From: Callorhinchus milii
Lineage: Eukaryota
DNA length: 63,802 nt
Direction: 5' to 3'
Assembly: GCF_018977255.1 (NCBI RefSeq)
Contig: NW_024704757.1
Coordinates: forward strand, 12,586,199 to 12,650,000
Shown here: piece after piece, positions 1-11,486 of the stretch
Position numbering within the stretch: position 1 is the stretch's first letter
Layout of the letters: each line of letters begins with the position of its first letter
The notes under the pieces: generated by a model
The model's input: only the letters and a program-made list of their open reading frames with translations
What the model was told of the DNA's origin: nothing
The model's database searches: none
Program-made: the position numbers and the translations under genes

Positions 1-1030
1 CTTTGAGACGTCGAGAAGACGTGAAAAGCGCTATATCAAATGCAAGGATTATTATTATTATTATTACACGTCTGATGCATCACTGGGATTGAAGGATTTG
101 TGATCATTACAGTACAGATAAGGAGAGAACTGAGTGCTAATGAAGTGAGTTACGTTGGAGCAATGATTAGAAGAATCACACTGTAGTATGTTTTACCCCG
201 AAGATCTTAGCTGGCAGAGCACGGATGTATTTTAGATTTGAAAAAGCTGCTGGGGCGAGTTGAGAAATAGCTGAACTTTCATTGCTTTCTGCGGTCTAAT
301 TAGCTTTGACGGGCGCCCGTTTTATTCAACTCATGATCCCACGACCGTGCTGAAATTTCATTAGCTCGTGACAGACGAAAAGATCACATTCAATTCCTCG
401 CCCGCTGCCTGCCCATCCAATGCCGGTTTATCAGCAGGCAAGACTAATTCAAATCCAAAAAGTGCCCTTTAACCCGAGCAAAATGTGTTGGAAATACTGC
501 AGCCGTGAGAGCAGTTTACGGTTGAAAATCACCAGCCCACTCACTCAGCAGCGAGGCTGAGACTTGGCTCGGTGTCACCGTGTACAGTCACTGCTGCTGT
601 AAGTAAAGACAGGTACCAGGAGCGATTTGGAATCTTCTGGTTGGAATCAACGCGTTTCCCATATAAAAACCGAGCCATCGCTACGGCAGCATAAGCTTTA
701 ACCAGGGTCGCTGAAGTCACTTTCAATTTAATATTAAAACGACTGTCTTGCGCCTGTCTTCCTGTCGCGCTGCCTGCAACAAACAGCCAAGGTTCGACTG
801 AAATCGGAAGGAGAGACATCTTGGTCCACCTTGGCCAAATCTGAGGCCCACGTCCACATTGTCTATCAGCGCTTTACAGTCCTGCTGCTTCCATGGTTAA
901 CCGACTTAACCAAAGGGACCGACGTAAACCTGAAGAGATTCTGCAGTCACTGGATTGCACACTGTCCCGTCTCCAGGGTGCCACGCCTAGTAAGAATTTA
1001 ATTGAAGGAAGAAAGCTTCCACTCAACAAC

Positions 1031-1360
1031 AATAATAATAATAATAATAATAATCCTTGCATTTGATATAGCGCTTTTCACGTCGGGAGGACGTCCCAAA
1101 GCACTTCACAGAACACACTGTAAAGTGAATTGACTGTATATTTGTGGGCGAACGCGGCAGCCAATTGCGCACAGCAATGTCCCACAAACAGTCATGGATT
1201 GAAAATGACCAATTTATTATTGTTTTTGGTTTTGGAGGGATTATTATTAGGCTCTGTGTGGAGTAAGGAAACTTGCCCAAGGTTTCGCTCTCTGCCTGGA
1301 ACTGAACTCAGGTCTCTCACTTGCAAAGCGAGTGCTCTAACCACTGAGCTACAGGACTCC
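1031..1360 (-). mobile_element. Full-length tRNA-derived SINE, short/young subfamily
   Basis: Reverse complement reads GGAGTCCTGTAGCTCAGTGGTTAGAGCACTCGC (A box), GAGTTCAGTTCC (B-box-like), body, hairpin tail and (TTA)n. Near-identical to copies at 11162 and 23934. Confidence 0.9.
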
Positions 1361-1954
1361 ACTTCACAACAACTGTTGTTGGTGTTGTTGATGCTTCTCT
1401 GCAGAACTGAAGGAGAGCTGCATTGTTAAAAGTAACCCACACTCAGTTAATATATTAAACCAAGGTCATTTTCAGGTGGAAATGAGAATCCCAGCGACTG
1501 CTTAAAAAGAGAGGGAAGTTTGTCCCAAAGTGTTCTAACTGACAATCCTCCAGATAAATTGGTTACTCACTTCGTGACTGTATGGGACAACTGCTGTGTG
1601 CAAATTGGCTGCCGCATGATCCTACACATAGTCATTATGTTTCACAGCAATTATTGTGAAGGGTTTTGACGGATTATTACTTATTATGAAGGGTTCAGCC
1701 GTGACATTTCCAGAATATTCCTACCTCTGGAATTCCATTTGATCGTGGAGGCTTTTGAATGTCTCTTCGCTGTGTGTGTGTGAGAGGCTGTGAGACACCG
1801 TGACACTGACTCACCCACTCACTCACTTATTTACCTGATCAAGGGCGAGAGCCAATATTTATTCGATAAACACTTTGACCAATTAAAGAATAAAATCAAC
1901 ACAGATTTGTTCTATTGCAATGAACTGCTTTCCCTTTGTAATCCTCCGTGCCTT

Positions 1955-2110
1955 CAGCTCCCCTCTCGACTCTCTACCCCCTCCTCGCTCCCTCCCTTCC
2001 CTGACCAGTTCCCCCCTGCTCGGGTCCTGACCCAACTGTCCAGCGCCTTGGGACGTCCTCCCGACGTGAAAGGCACTTTATCAATCCAATCATGTTGTTG
2101 TTGTTGTTGA
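1955..2110 (+). mobile_element. L2 LINE 3' end fragment
   Basis: C-rich 3' UTR, CAGCGCCTTGGGACGTCCTCCCGACGTGAAAGGC hairpin and (GTT)n tail, shared with 55410-55757 and 57061-57319. Confidence 0.8.
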
Positions 2111-2337
2111 GGGTTGCAATTTATACAGCAAGATGATTTTCCCAGTCTGTGGCAGCTGAAAATAGGCTCCATCAGGTTTTATATTCATTTTGCTTACAGA
2201 CGGCTCTGTTACTGACAAAGCTTTAAGCAATGTGACACAAGGTGCAGGTGTTTGAAGGAATGCAGCTAAACCTCCACTCGTGCTATCAATGCACACTGTA
2301 TTTATATCTTTTACGTCAACTCTAGGAAGATGTGTCC

Positions 2338-2655
2338 GTTCCCTCCGCTCAGGTCCACGTCCCCCGCCCAGCCCAACCCACCATCGGCAGGCGAGCCTTC
2401 AGCCTCTCTGCCCCCAACCTTCGGAAATCCATCACACAGTGCCTTCGCCTTGCTCCCTCCCTTGCCTCCTTCAAGGCACGTCTCAAGACCATCCTCTTCG
2501 ACCGCACTTTCGGTCACTATCCTATCCCCACCCTCCCTGCCTTCCGCCCCTCCTGATTCTAAAGCCCCTACTCGGGTCCAAATCCCTGACTATCCAGCAC
2601 CTTGGGACATTCTCCCAACGTGAAAGGCGCTTTACAAATGCAATATGTTGTTGTT
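2338..2655 (+). mobile_element. L2 LINE 3' fragment (ORF2 C-terminus plus 3' UTR)
   Basis: Translates to PTIGRRAFSLSAP...SLASFKARLKTILF, a typical L2 ORF2 end, followed by the hairpin and (GTT)n tail. Confidence 0.85.
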
Positions 2656-2689
2656 CAAAGCCTCACAGCAGATCTCTGAGCTTCCAGCT

Positions 2690-2765
2690 CAGTTGACACT
2701 TCAATGCAGTACTGGGGAGAGCTGCACTGTTAAATGTGCCCACGTTCAGATAATGCATTAAAACA
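2690..2765 (+). mobile_element. Degenerate Deu-domain-like ancient SINE relic
   Basis: TGCAGTACTGGGGAGAGCTGCACTGTT resembles the AmnSINE1/SacSINE1 core as I recall it. Similar relics at ~1400-1470 and 6255-6325. Confidence 0.45.
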
Positions 2766-3349
2766 AAGTACATTTAGCTGTGAAGCATGAGGATTTGATC
2801 AGTGGAAGGGGTGGCTTTGGTAGTGTGAAGAGCTGATCCCGATACCACCTCCGCAATATAAGCGTAGCAACCGGTGTGAATCACACTTGGCTTGTATTAT
2901 TCCTTTGTACTCTCGACATCTCATTATTTTAATGTTATTACAGACCTGATCCTACAAACTCCGGATCTCACCATTCCCCCAGTTGTTTTCAAGTTGTTAC
3001 TTGATATTTTTCTTTAATTACTGTGAAATCCAAACTTTAAAAGCTGCTGCACTCTCTGTGGAACATAGTCATGGACACATTCCAGTTCTGCCAGTCGTAG
3101 CTGGCTCTTTTATAGATTGGCTTGAGGGAGTTTTTCTGTTAAACTAACTCCACGCTTAAACATTATTCTATTTAATCAAGTTCCTTAAGTGATTTGATAG
3201 TTCTTAAAATTTGTCCATTTCAACCTGCAGACTGTGTGGTAGGAGGTGCAAGAGACAGAAGCAAAGGGCAACGACAGAAGCAAAGGGTTCAGAAATCAAA
3301 GGGTGAGTTCAGCAACGTGTAGGGCTAGCGGGGAGAGAGTGGGGCAGTG

Positions 3350-3442
3350 GGAATCATTTGGACAGCTCATTCAAAGAGCTGGCACGGACACGATGGGCCG
3401 AATGGCCTCCTTCTTCTGTGCTGTATAATTCGATGATTCTAC
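3350..3442 (+). mobile_element. CR1-type LINE 3' terminus
   Basis: GGCACGGACACGATGGGCCGAATGGCCTCCTTC...TGTGCTGTATAATTCGATGATTCT. A related copy is at 27220-27280. Confidence 0.7.
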
Positions 3443-4133
3443 GTGCTACTCCTGCAGCAATGGAGCTGTTGAGTAAATTCCTAGATTCTCCGGGATGAAA
3501 CTTGTTCAGGTCAATTTGTGGCAAAGTCACTCCCTGTTCAGCTGGCCTCCGCATTTCTGACCATGACTGGCTCGTCTCTTAAGCTGCTCCTCACATTGAT
3601 CCGCCAGGAGTTATCTGAAGCAAAGGAACATGCCTGGATCGGTGCTGTTGATAAAGTCCACTTATCAGCAGCTTAAGCTTGTGAAATGCAGCCACTTACA
3701 CCTCACTGTGCACAATCCATACATTCTATTCATTTCATTAGGTCCATCTATTCCATTGGCTTCTTTGAAATCTGGACTGTCTCTCTCTCGTGCTTTTATT
3801 TTGGGCACATGACAGAACTGCAGAGTTACGCCATCGACAAGCCACCTCAAATAACATTGTGTGTAAGGAATTCCTCTGTGGTCATATTTTCCTCATCGGT
3901 CACAGTTCTGGTCATTAATAATGGTTGTTAGTGCTGAGATCTCTCGTGTGCAGAGTCCCCTGAAACAGCACCAGTGTTTTTGGCAGCGTCTGTTAATGAG
4001 TTCAGGACTTCACTCTGGAAGGAGATTCGTGGAGGTCAAAAATAGATGAGGCAGGGGAGTCTGCGGTAATTCACCCCTCTAACAATTTCCCACAGGCTCG
4101 TCTGATCGGTCCATCCAGCCTGGTCACCACGAC

Positions 4134-4498
4134 ATTATAATCTTTACATTTGACATAGCACCTTATCACATCTTCAAGACGTCTCAAAGCACTTCACAGA
4201 ATATACTGTAAAGTGAATTGACTGTATATTTGTGGGCGAAACATGGCAGCCAATTGCATACAGTAGTGTCCCACAAACAGTCGTGGATTGAGTGACCAAA
4301 TTATTATTTTTTTCTGTAGGTTTATTATGCCCAGAAAAGCGATCCGCCAATCGACAAACAACTGTGTTCCTACTTACTGCTAGGTAAACAGAGGCGTGTG
4401 GAGTAAGGAAACTCGCCCCACATTTCGCTCTGCCAGGAATAGAACCCAGGTCTCTTGTTTGCGAGGCGAGTGCTCTAACCACTGAGCTACAGGACTCC
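4134..4498 (-). mobile_element. Full-length tRNA-derived SINE, long/older subfamily
   Basis: Same tRNA head as the short subfamily plus an extra central segment (ACGCCTCTGTTTACCTAGCAGTAAGTAGGAAC...) and a TTTGAGACGTC-type tail. Confidence 0.9.
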
Positions 4499-6254
4499 AC
4501 TCCAGTGAATTGACTGTACATCTTGTGGGCAAAACATTGTTGAAGATTAGCGCATCATCGCTAGGATCATCACACCTGCCATTTTGATATCTTCCCAATT
4601 GGATCTTACGTTTGTGAACAAGAGTCTCCCAGTGCTTAATGCTGAGCACAGTTGCTTATTCTTCTGTTATAGTTGCTGAAATAAAGAGTGCAAAAGCCAC
4701 ATCTAAAGAGTATAGAGAAGTACGGATGAGGGACATGGTGTGAAAGCTTCCATTATAGGTGGACTCGAATGTCTATCTAGTTTAAGCTGGAATGGCATAG
4801 GAATGCTTGTAGATTTATAGGAAAACAGACATACTGGAGCTACATTGTCAGGGATAAGATACATCCACAGGAATGACACTGAAATCTCACCCCTATCCCC
4901 TCAACCCCTCTCCACCCTCCACAAGCACCTTTCCCTTTCACCTTCCTGGCCAGTGGGAACCACCTCGAGCTGTGCAGCAACAAGGGAGCTCTGTGAAAAA
5001 AAAATCTGGATTTGAAAATCAACTGTGACTCCAAAAATGGTTTCATGAAACAACGATGGAATCATTTCGGAAGTGTGAGGCAGCTGTTTGAGTGTCTCAG
5101 AAATTACTCTCCAGTTGTTTATGAAAATTGGCCATGATATCCCCCGGAGAAGGGGAAGTCTAGTCAATTGCAGTGGATTCTTAGTGAATGTGTGTCAACG
5201 ATCCTTTGCTTTATCTCATGTTTTTAAGGAAAACGTCTATCCTCAATGTTGGTACTCCAAAGTACTCAGGCACCGCAAACCCATAGAGCTATGAACCCGG
5301 TCACTGACTCATCACAGATCAGGCTTTCTGCTCGCCTTTCAACTAAGCCCATGTTTGTGTTTGTTGCTGGCTGTAAAAAAAAAAGAAACAATCTGGAAAA
5401 AAATTTTTTGTTTCTGTCGCAGGAAAGAAAATCTTATTACGCTTCAATCACACATTCAAGGATTGTTGGAACTGTTTGACAATCTACCTCTGAGTGTTTT
5501 CTTTCCATTCAGCAGAAATTACCAATAATTAGCGGCGATTACGGGAAGTGTAAAATTCAAATGGAATTTCCCGACGCCAGAAACTTGGGAAGTTCTAAAC
5601 GGTGTCACGGATTATTTGCTAAACATTGACTGCGAGGTAATTAATTTAGAAAGCTGTGATTTGTGCTCTATTGAGCAGTCACGAGTCAAAGACCAGATAT
5701 CTGTGCTTCGGTGAACTAATTTTCTTTGTCAGAGAAGGTGTCTGAACTGAAGGCCGTAGACATGGGTGACTTCAGCCTACGATAAAATGACTTCTTATGC
5801 AAGCGATGAGAATAGAAACTTCCCCTGAGAAATCCTATTGATGCCTTGCTGGAAGGAAAGGCTACAATAATGTCCCAGATTGCTCAAATACTGTATAACG
5901 AAACAACAATAACTTGCATTTATATAGCGTCCTTCACACAGGTAGCATCTCAGAGAGCTTAGCAGTGGTAGAATTTGATGTCAAGCTAAGGAAGGGGGGG
6001 AGGTGACCATAGGCGCAGATACGATCTGAAGAGGTGCAAGGAGGGGACGAGGCAGAGGGATTGAGGCAGAGTAATACAGCTAGAATATGGTGATCCTTTT
6101 TAAAACCCTAAAATAATGAAAACTCTGAGGAATTGGAAATCTTGCAATAAAACAATTAAATCTCTTATAAAAGCACATTGCAATGATACAAAATTGCTGG
6201 CACTGGCAATAGATGTTGGGAGTTTGAACTTAAGGCCTTGGTGGACATTTCTAT

Positions 6255-6325
6255 ACAGCGCTGGATGAGTTCTGCATTGTTGGAGGTGCCGTCCTTTGGA
6301 TGAGACATTAAACCAAACCCCTACC
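6255..6325 (+). mobile_element. Deu-domain-like ancient SINE relic
   Basis: CTGCATTGTTGGAGGTGCCGTCCTTTGGATGAGACATTAAACC closely matches the recalled Deu core GGAGGTGCCGTCTTTCGGATGAGACGTTAAACC. Confidence 0.6.
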
Positions 6326-6583
6326 CAGCAGTAACAAGTTTAAGCCAGGGTGGAGTTATCAGGAGTTTACTGTCTATTAAAAGTAATGAATTTGGTTTCA
6401 ATACTTTCCTCAATATTTTCTAGTGCCATTTGCTAGATTGTTTCCCGCCTCAAAGGGAACACTGTCAGTCACAGAGTGGGAAGAAATCATATTGACATGT
6501 TTACTGAACTGTTCGCCCACCGTGTTATACTGTCAGGCGTAATAATGTCCGTTTCTGACCAGGTCACAGAGTGTTCAGGCAAG

Positions 6584-6586
<3 letters not shown>

Positions 6587-6618
<32 letters not shown>
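6587..6618. repeat. (CA)n microsatellite
   Basis: Direct reading of the sequence. Confidence 0.95.
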
Positions 6619-6620
<2 letters not shown>

Positions 6621-7063
6621 CACTCTTTGAAATAGTTTGGGAAAAAGATTTGAATTATTTCAATGGTGTCACACTGTGCCACACACCTTACTGAAGGCCA
6701 ATTAGAAAAGGAATGCATTCCCTGAATCAGTGGCCTGTATCTGTGCTGGAATATTCTACGTAATGTCATGTTTTCCACAAATCCTTCACCTAAACAAGAA
6801 CAGAACAGACCTGGGAAACGCTGATGTGAAGCGATATTTCCTGCTCAGTCGATCCAGTAAAAAAAAAAGAATAAAAACGTGCATTTTGTTCAGAATGGTG
6901 AAGGAGCGTTATCGTCTACATTCAACAATACTTGACGAGTATTTGCTGAAGAGAGGGCACTTGCCCCACATCTCCCCTTTAAATTGGCTACTGAAAAGTC
7001 TTAGGTCCTCTGTGTTTCGTTCAACACCAACAGTGGGTTCACGTTGGCAGTAACAAAAAACAC

Positions 7064-7192
7064 AGGGTAAAATTTGCAGTATTCTGTAAAGCGTTCCCCA
7101 AGTTAGTTAGTTAAGAAACTCAGTTAAGAAGCAGGCCACCAACTGCTAGTGTTGCTTAAAAAAAAGTTAAGGAATACTGTAAATTTTACCCT
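7064..7192. mobile_element. MITE-like element with 21-bp terminal inverted repeats
   Basis: AGGGTAAAATTTGCAGTATTC (7064-7084) and GAATACTGTAAATTTTACCCT (7172-7192) are reverse complements with one mismatch. Confidence 0.6.
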
Positions 7193-7941
7193 AGTGTTGC
7201 TATCGGTAGCGGTGTTCAGCCCAGAGAGTGACAAACCAGCCCATCACTCGGGGTTAGTTTTACTTGTTAAGTGATAATAATTTTTTTGTGTGTGTATGCC
7301 TTTCGCAGCTAAAACATCTTAAAGTGCTTCACAAGAAATGGTCGCCGAGTCTGGTGACTGTGTGTTTGTTAGCAGGCAAACATGGCAGGCAAATTTTTGG
7401 CAGCAGGTCCCACAAATAGCCATTGGTGAATACCAGTTTATCTGGAGGCTTGTTGGCCAGGACACTGGGAGAAACTCCCTTCACTTACAGTTTCGCCCAC
7501 AAAATACACAGTCAATCCACTTTACAGTTTATCTTGTGAAGCCCGCTAAAACGTCTCGACGAGGTGAAAGGCGCTATATCAAATGCAAGGATTATTATTA
7601 GATTGAATCATGGGCATCTTTAGCATCCAATTAAACAGGACCTCTCTCTGCTCTATTAACGTGGGGAAAAGATAGTCTAGAAAGGGGCAGGTTAGTGATA
7701 CACTGACCTCCACCCAATCAGTGGTGCAACCACCAGTCGCAATCATATGAACATTGTGCTATCACAATAGGTATAGTGGATTAGTTGTTTGATTTGCATC
7801 AACATTCCTGGTTTATTGAGCACAGAGCTCCGGCATTGCGAGGTCCAGACTGTGATAAAAACGAAACGGTGTTAAAATATTTGACTTGCTTCCTGATGAT
7901 TGTGCAACACTTGTGGGATTCGAAGCTACAGTGGTGTAATA

Positions 7942-8114
7942 TTAATAATAATAAAAATCATAATATTTTTCATCCTTGCATTTGATACAGCGCTTTTCAC
8001 GTCTTCTAAACGTCTCAAAGCACTTCACAGAATACTCTGTAAAATTAATTAACTGTATATATTTGTGGGTGAAACGCGGCAGCCAATTGTCCACAGCAGT
8101 GTCCCACAAACAGT
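7942..8114 (-). mobile_element. 5'-truncated SINE copy
   Basis: SINE 3' half and tail in antisense. Another + strand tail lies at ~7493-7600. Confidence 0.8.
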
Positions 8115-8183
8115 GTAAAAGCATATACTGGATCATCTGGGTAGAGATGGCAAGGGAGCAACATTTAGTTGTGTTTTTTGAGT

Positions 8184-8197
8184 GTTTCCATGGTAAC
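8184..8197. promoter_or_regulatory. RFX X-box motif GTTTCCATGGTAAC
   Basis: Fits the palindromic GTNNCC-AT-GGNAAC X-box consensus. Function untested. Confidence 0.4.
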
Positions 8198-11161
8198 GTT
8201 GAAAAACAATATGCATGCCTTGCAGTTTAAACCAAGGGAAAGCTATGTTTTATTGGTGCTGTTTGTGCCAGCTCGGTTTGCTTTTCTTGGACAGAGAGGC
8301 ACGTAAAGTGCTAATGTATAATATTCAACGTCATCGTAAAATCAAATGTGACAGTCAAATAATGGGTGCAGAAGTTGAACTCTTCCACTCTCATGGAAAT
8401 GTTATTTGGCTGAAGTGGATATAGTAATGAAAGGAGAAGCAGTAGAAAAGTCAGGATTGGCAGAAAAGCCAAGCCTTTTGGAGAGACAAATAAGATAGCA
8501 TTATTTTTACATTACGGTTCCATGACAAAGAATTTGAGAAGAGGGGATTGCGGGGGAGGAAGGGAAAGGGAATCCTGAGTAGGTGCTAGAGAAAAGAGCT
8601 TTTTATATTGAAGATAAAATTGTTTCTGGTTGCATTGTTTACGATCGGTTTGACATAAAAAAGAAGGGCTGCTGTATTTATAACTAGCAACAACTTACAT
8701 TCACATACCACGTAGGATAATGTCTCAGAGTGCGTCTAATGACAGAGTCAGACACTTACCCTGGTTATTAAGAAAGTCACCTTGGAAATCAGAGGTGAAA
8801 AAAAAAGCATAAAAGATTGTTTGAAAATGCTATTCATTCAAAGGATGATGTGGCTTAATAGGATTCCTTAACACGAAATCTATGTTGATTGCAGAACCTT
8901 CAGAATGTATTCCCTCCCTTTATTACTGGATGATCGACCCTATTTATACCTTTGTTTCAAATTAATCTTTACTCTATAATAATCTTTGCACTTGACATAG
9001 TGCCTTATCACATCGTCATTGTCAAAATGTCTGATTGCTTCACCAGATTTTTGCTGTAAAGTATTGCGACTGTGTGCTGGTGGACAAATACCTTCGGAGT
9101 TCAGTTCAGCGCAATGGGTTGCAATCCTGATTGGAAAGTTCCTTTCTCAACCCGATTCAATCAAGAATCCCTTTAGCCTTCCGCACTTCCATGTTATTTC
9201 AGGCCTCAACCGTGCCTCACAGCAGATGAGATAATACAGCACACTGATCATTTTGAAAATTGCAGCCAGGACCCAATCAAATTATCCGTCTTAAGATACG
9301 CTCAATCTCTCTTTTCCGGCTTCATCTAAAATGTACATCAACTGTGATTCTAGCCACACAAAGAAATTATAATGAACTTTCACAGGACCAAATAACATCA
9401 ATAACAAACTACTACGCACTCTGTTCTATGATGTATAACTCTTCCTTTAATTATGGTTAAGGGTAAACCAAAATGCTACTTTGCTATTGTATTTGTTTTG
9501 CATTCAATGACACAGAGTTCAATTATTCCACTTATCTGAAGCAATATAAATGGAAACGAAACAATAGCAAAATAATGCAGCTATAGATTATTTTCATCGC
9601 TGCTAAAACAGATTAGATGTTTTGTTGTTGCAGATCTTCCACAAGTGGCATGAACAGAAGAATATTTTGCAGCTGAGCATGTAATATAACACAATAGTTG
9701 TGAATTATGTGCTTACCTTCGCTGAGAGATATTCATCAGAAGCCATTGCTTGCCGCTGTTTCCCAAGAGGATTTGGTTCTGTCAAGAAGGCTTATTCGTG
9801 TTATGTGGTAACCAGGAATTTAACATCGTTGTAGGTAATTAATAGGAGAATAAGGTAGATCATTGACAGGGCTCCCATTAATGATAGGATCAGGAGTTCC
9901 AAATTTTACCCTAAAAGTATTACTATTATTATTATTTTCACCCTATAGATTAATTTGCAGTATGTTATTATACTAAACTGGAGCGCAAAGCATTGGGAAT
10001 TTGGGGATGTTGGATCTCAAAGAGTGGAACAAATGGAAAAAATGGGGAAAAAAATGGAATCAAAAACTTTACAAGTGGATCCGTTTTTTGAGCTGCCAAA
10101 CCGACACTTGCTCAGGACAGAATGTCTCTTACAAAAAAAAACACTGCCAGAGACTATTCCCACTCTCTCGCACCGTCTTCTCGATTACAGTAGCATTTTT
10201 AAGGTGCTAATGGGATTGGAGTCCCGAATCGCTGTACTTTTTTTTTAATGAGAACTGCAGCAAAGAAAATCCACAATAGAGTAAAGTGCCCACAAATCTC
10301 TCGTTCCTGTTCATATTCTTTAATTAAATATTATTAATTGCTTTTATATTTTCTGGAACGAACCCAGTTAAATCACTTCAGAATTCACAGAGATGAATGG
10401 ATGGATGGAGTGGCAGCTATTGATCCCAGTTTCATAACATACCAGAAGGATATTTCAAGCACGTTAGGTAAAGAAATGGTTATTTTTTTTGCCAGTGTTG
10501 TGTCTGTAAAAGTGACCACTCACACCACCAAAGTCCCCAAGCCTGGGCTCTTGCCAACCTGCGCCTAATTCTTTCCGGGATTAGGTAAGCGTGTAGATGG
10601 GATACATGGACTTCTCAGTTTGGTTTGGATACTCTTAAGCACAGTGATGGGTTTCCGCATGTGTCAGACACCCGGTTGATCACGCCACACATCCTGTGTC
10701 TCCTCTCGTGAGACAGCAGATGGTGGAGATTTTCCAGGAACGAACAGTCCTAGCTCAGAATCTTCCGAGTCTGGTTTCACAGGCCACGAGAAGGTTTCTG
10801 CACTCGTTTCAGAGGAAAAGCTGGACAACTACTTCGCCAAATGCTACAGAGATTACTAAATGATGAAGAATTACTCATTTAAGAAACAGCTTGATGCTGT
10901 CATAGGAGGAGAGCAGGGCGTGGATTCTGGAAGGTTGAGATCAAATGGGCCAAAGGGCCTTCTCCATCTGAACCTCTTGTGCAATTGGCTGACATTTAAC
11001 GGAGAAACTTATCATTAATTACTAATGAGTCTTTCAAATAGTGTGCGGCTGCTAATCCCGTAGATATATTCGCCTTTTTGTCTTTCGGCTTCTGTTGAAT
11101 TTGCTTTAATATGCTGTCCCCAACCATCCCTGGAATCTTGTTATATTAATCTTGTTATCGT

Positions 11162-11486
11162 GGAGTCCTGTAGCTCAGTGGTTAGAGCACTCGCTTTGCA
11201 AGCGAGAGACCTGAGTTCAATTCCAGGCAGAGGGCGAAACCTTGGGCAAGTTTCCTTACTCCACACAGAGCCTAATAATAATCCCTCCAAAACCAAAACA
11301 ATAACAAATTGGTCATTTTCAATCCACGACTGTTTGTGGGACATTGCTGTGCACAATTGGCTGCCGCGTTCGCCCACAAATATACAGTCAATTCACTTTA
11401 CAGTGTGTCCTGTGAAGCGCTTTGGGACGTCCTCCCGACGTGAATAGCGCTATATCAAATGCAAGGATTATTATTATTATTATTAT
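11162..11486 (+). mobile_element. Full-length tRNA-derived SINE, short/young subfamily
   Basis: A box TAGCTCAGTGG, anticodon-like arm CTCGC-TTTGCAA-GCGAG, B box GAGTTCAATTCC, L2-like hairpin tail and (TTA)n. Confidence 0.92.

Noticed and set aside
541-819. 92-aa minus-strand ORF
   Set aside because: No recognisable domain or supported splice partners, so it cannot be supported as coding.
1023-1429. Recurrent short ORFs ([22 protein letters not shown])
   Set aside because: Translations of SINE copies, not a gene family.
11162-11232. tRNA-Ala gene (A box, B box, TGC anticodon arm)
   Set aside because: It continues directly into a SINE body and tail and is repeated many times. There is no proper acceptor stem or T-run terminator, so it is a SINE head.
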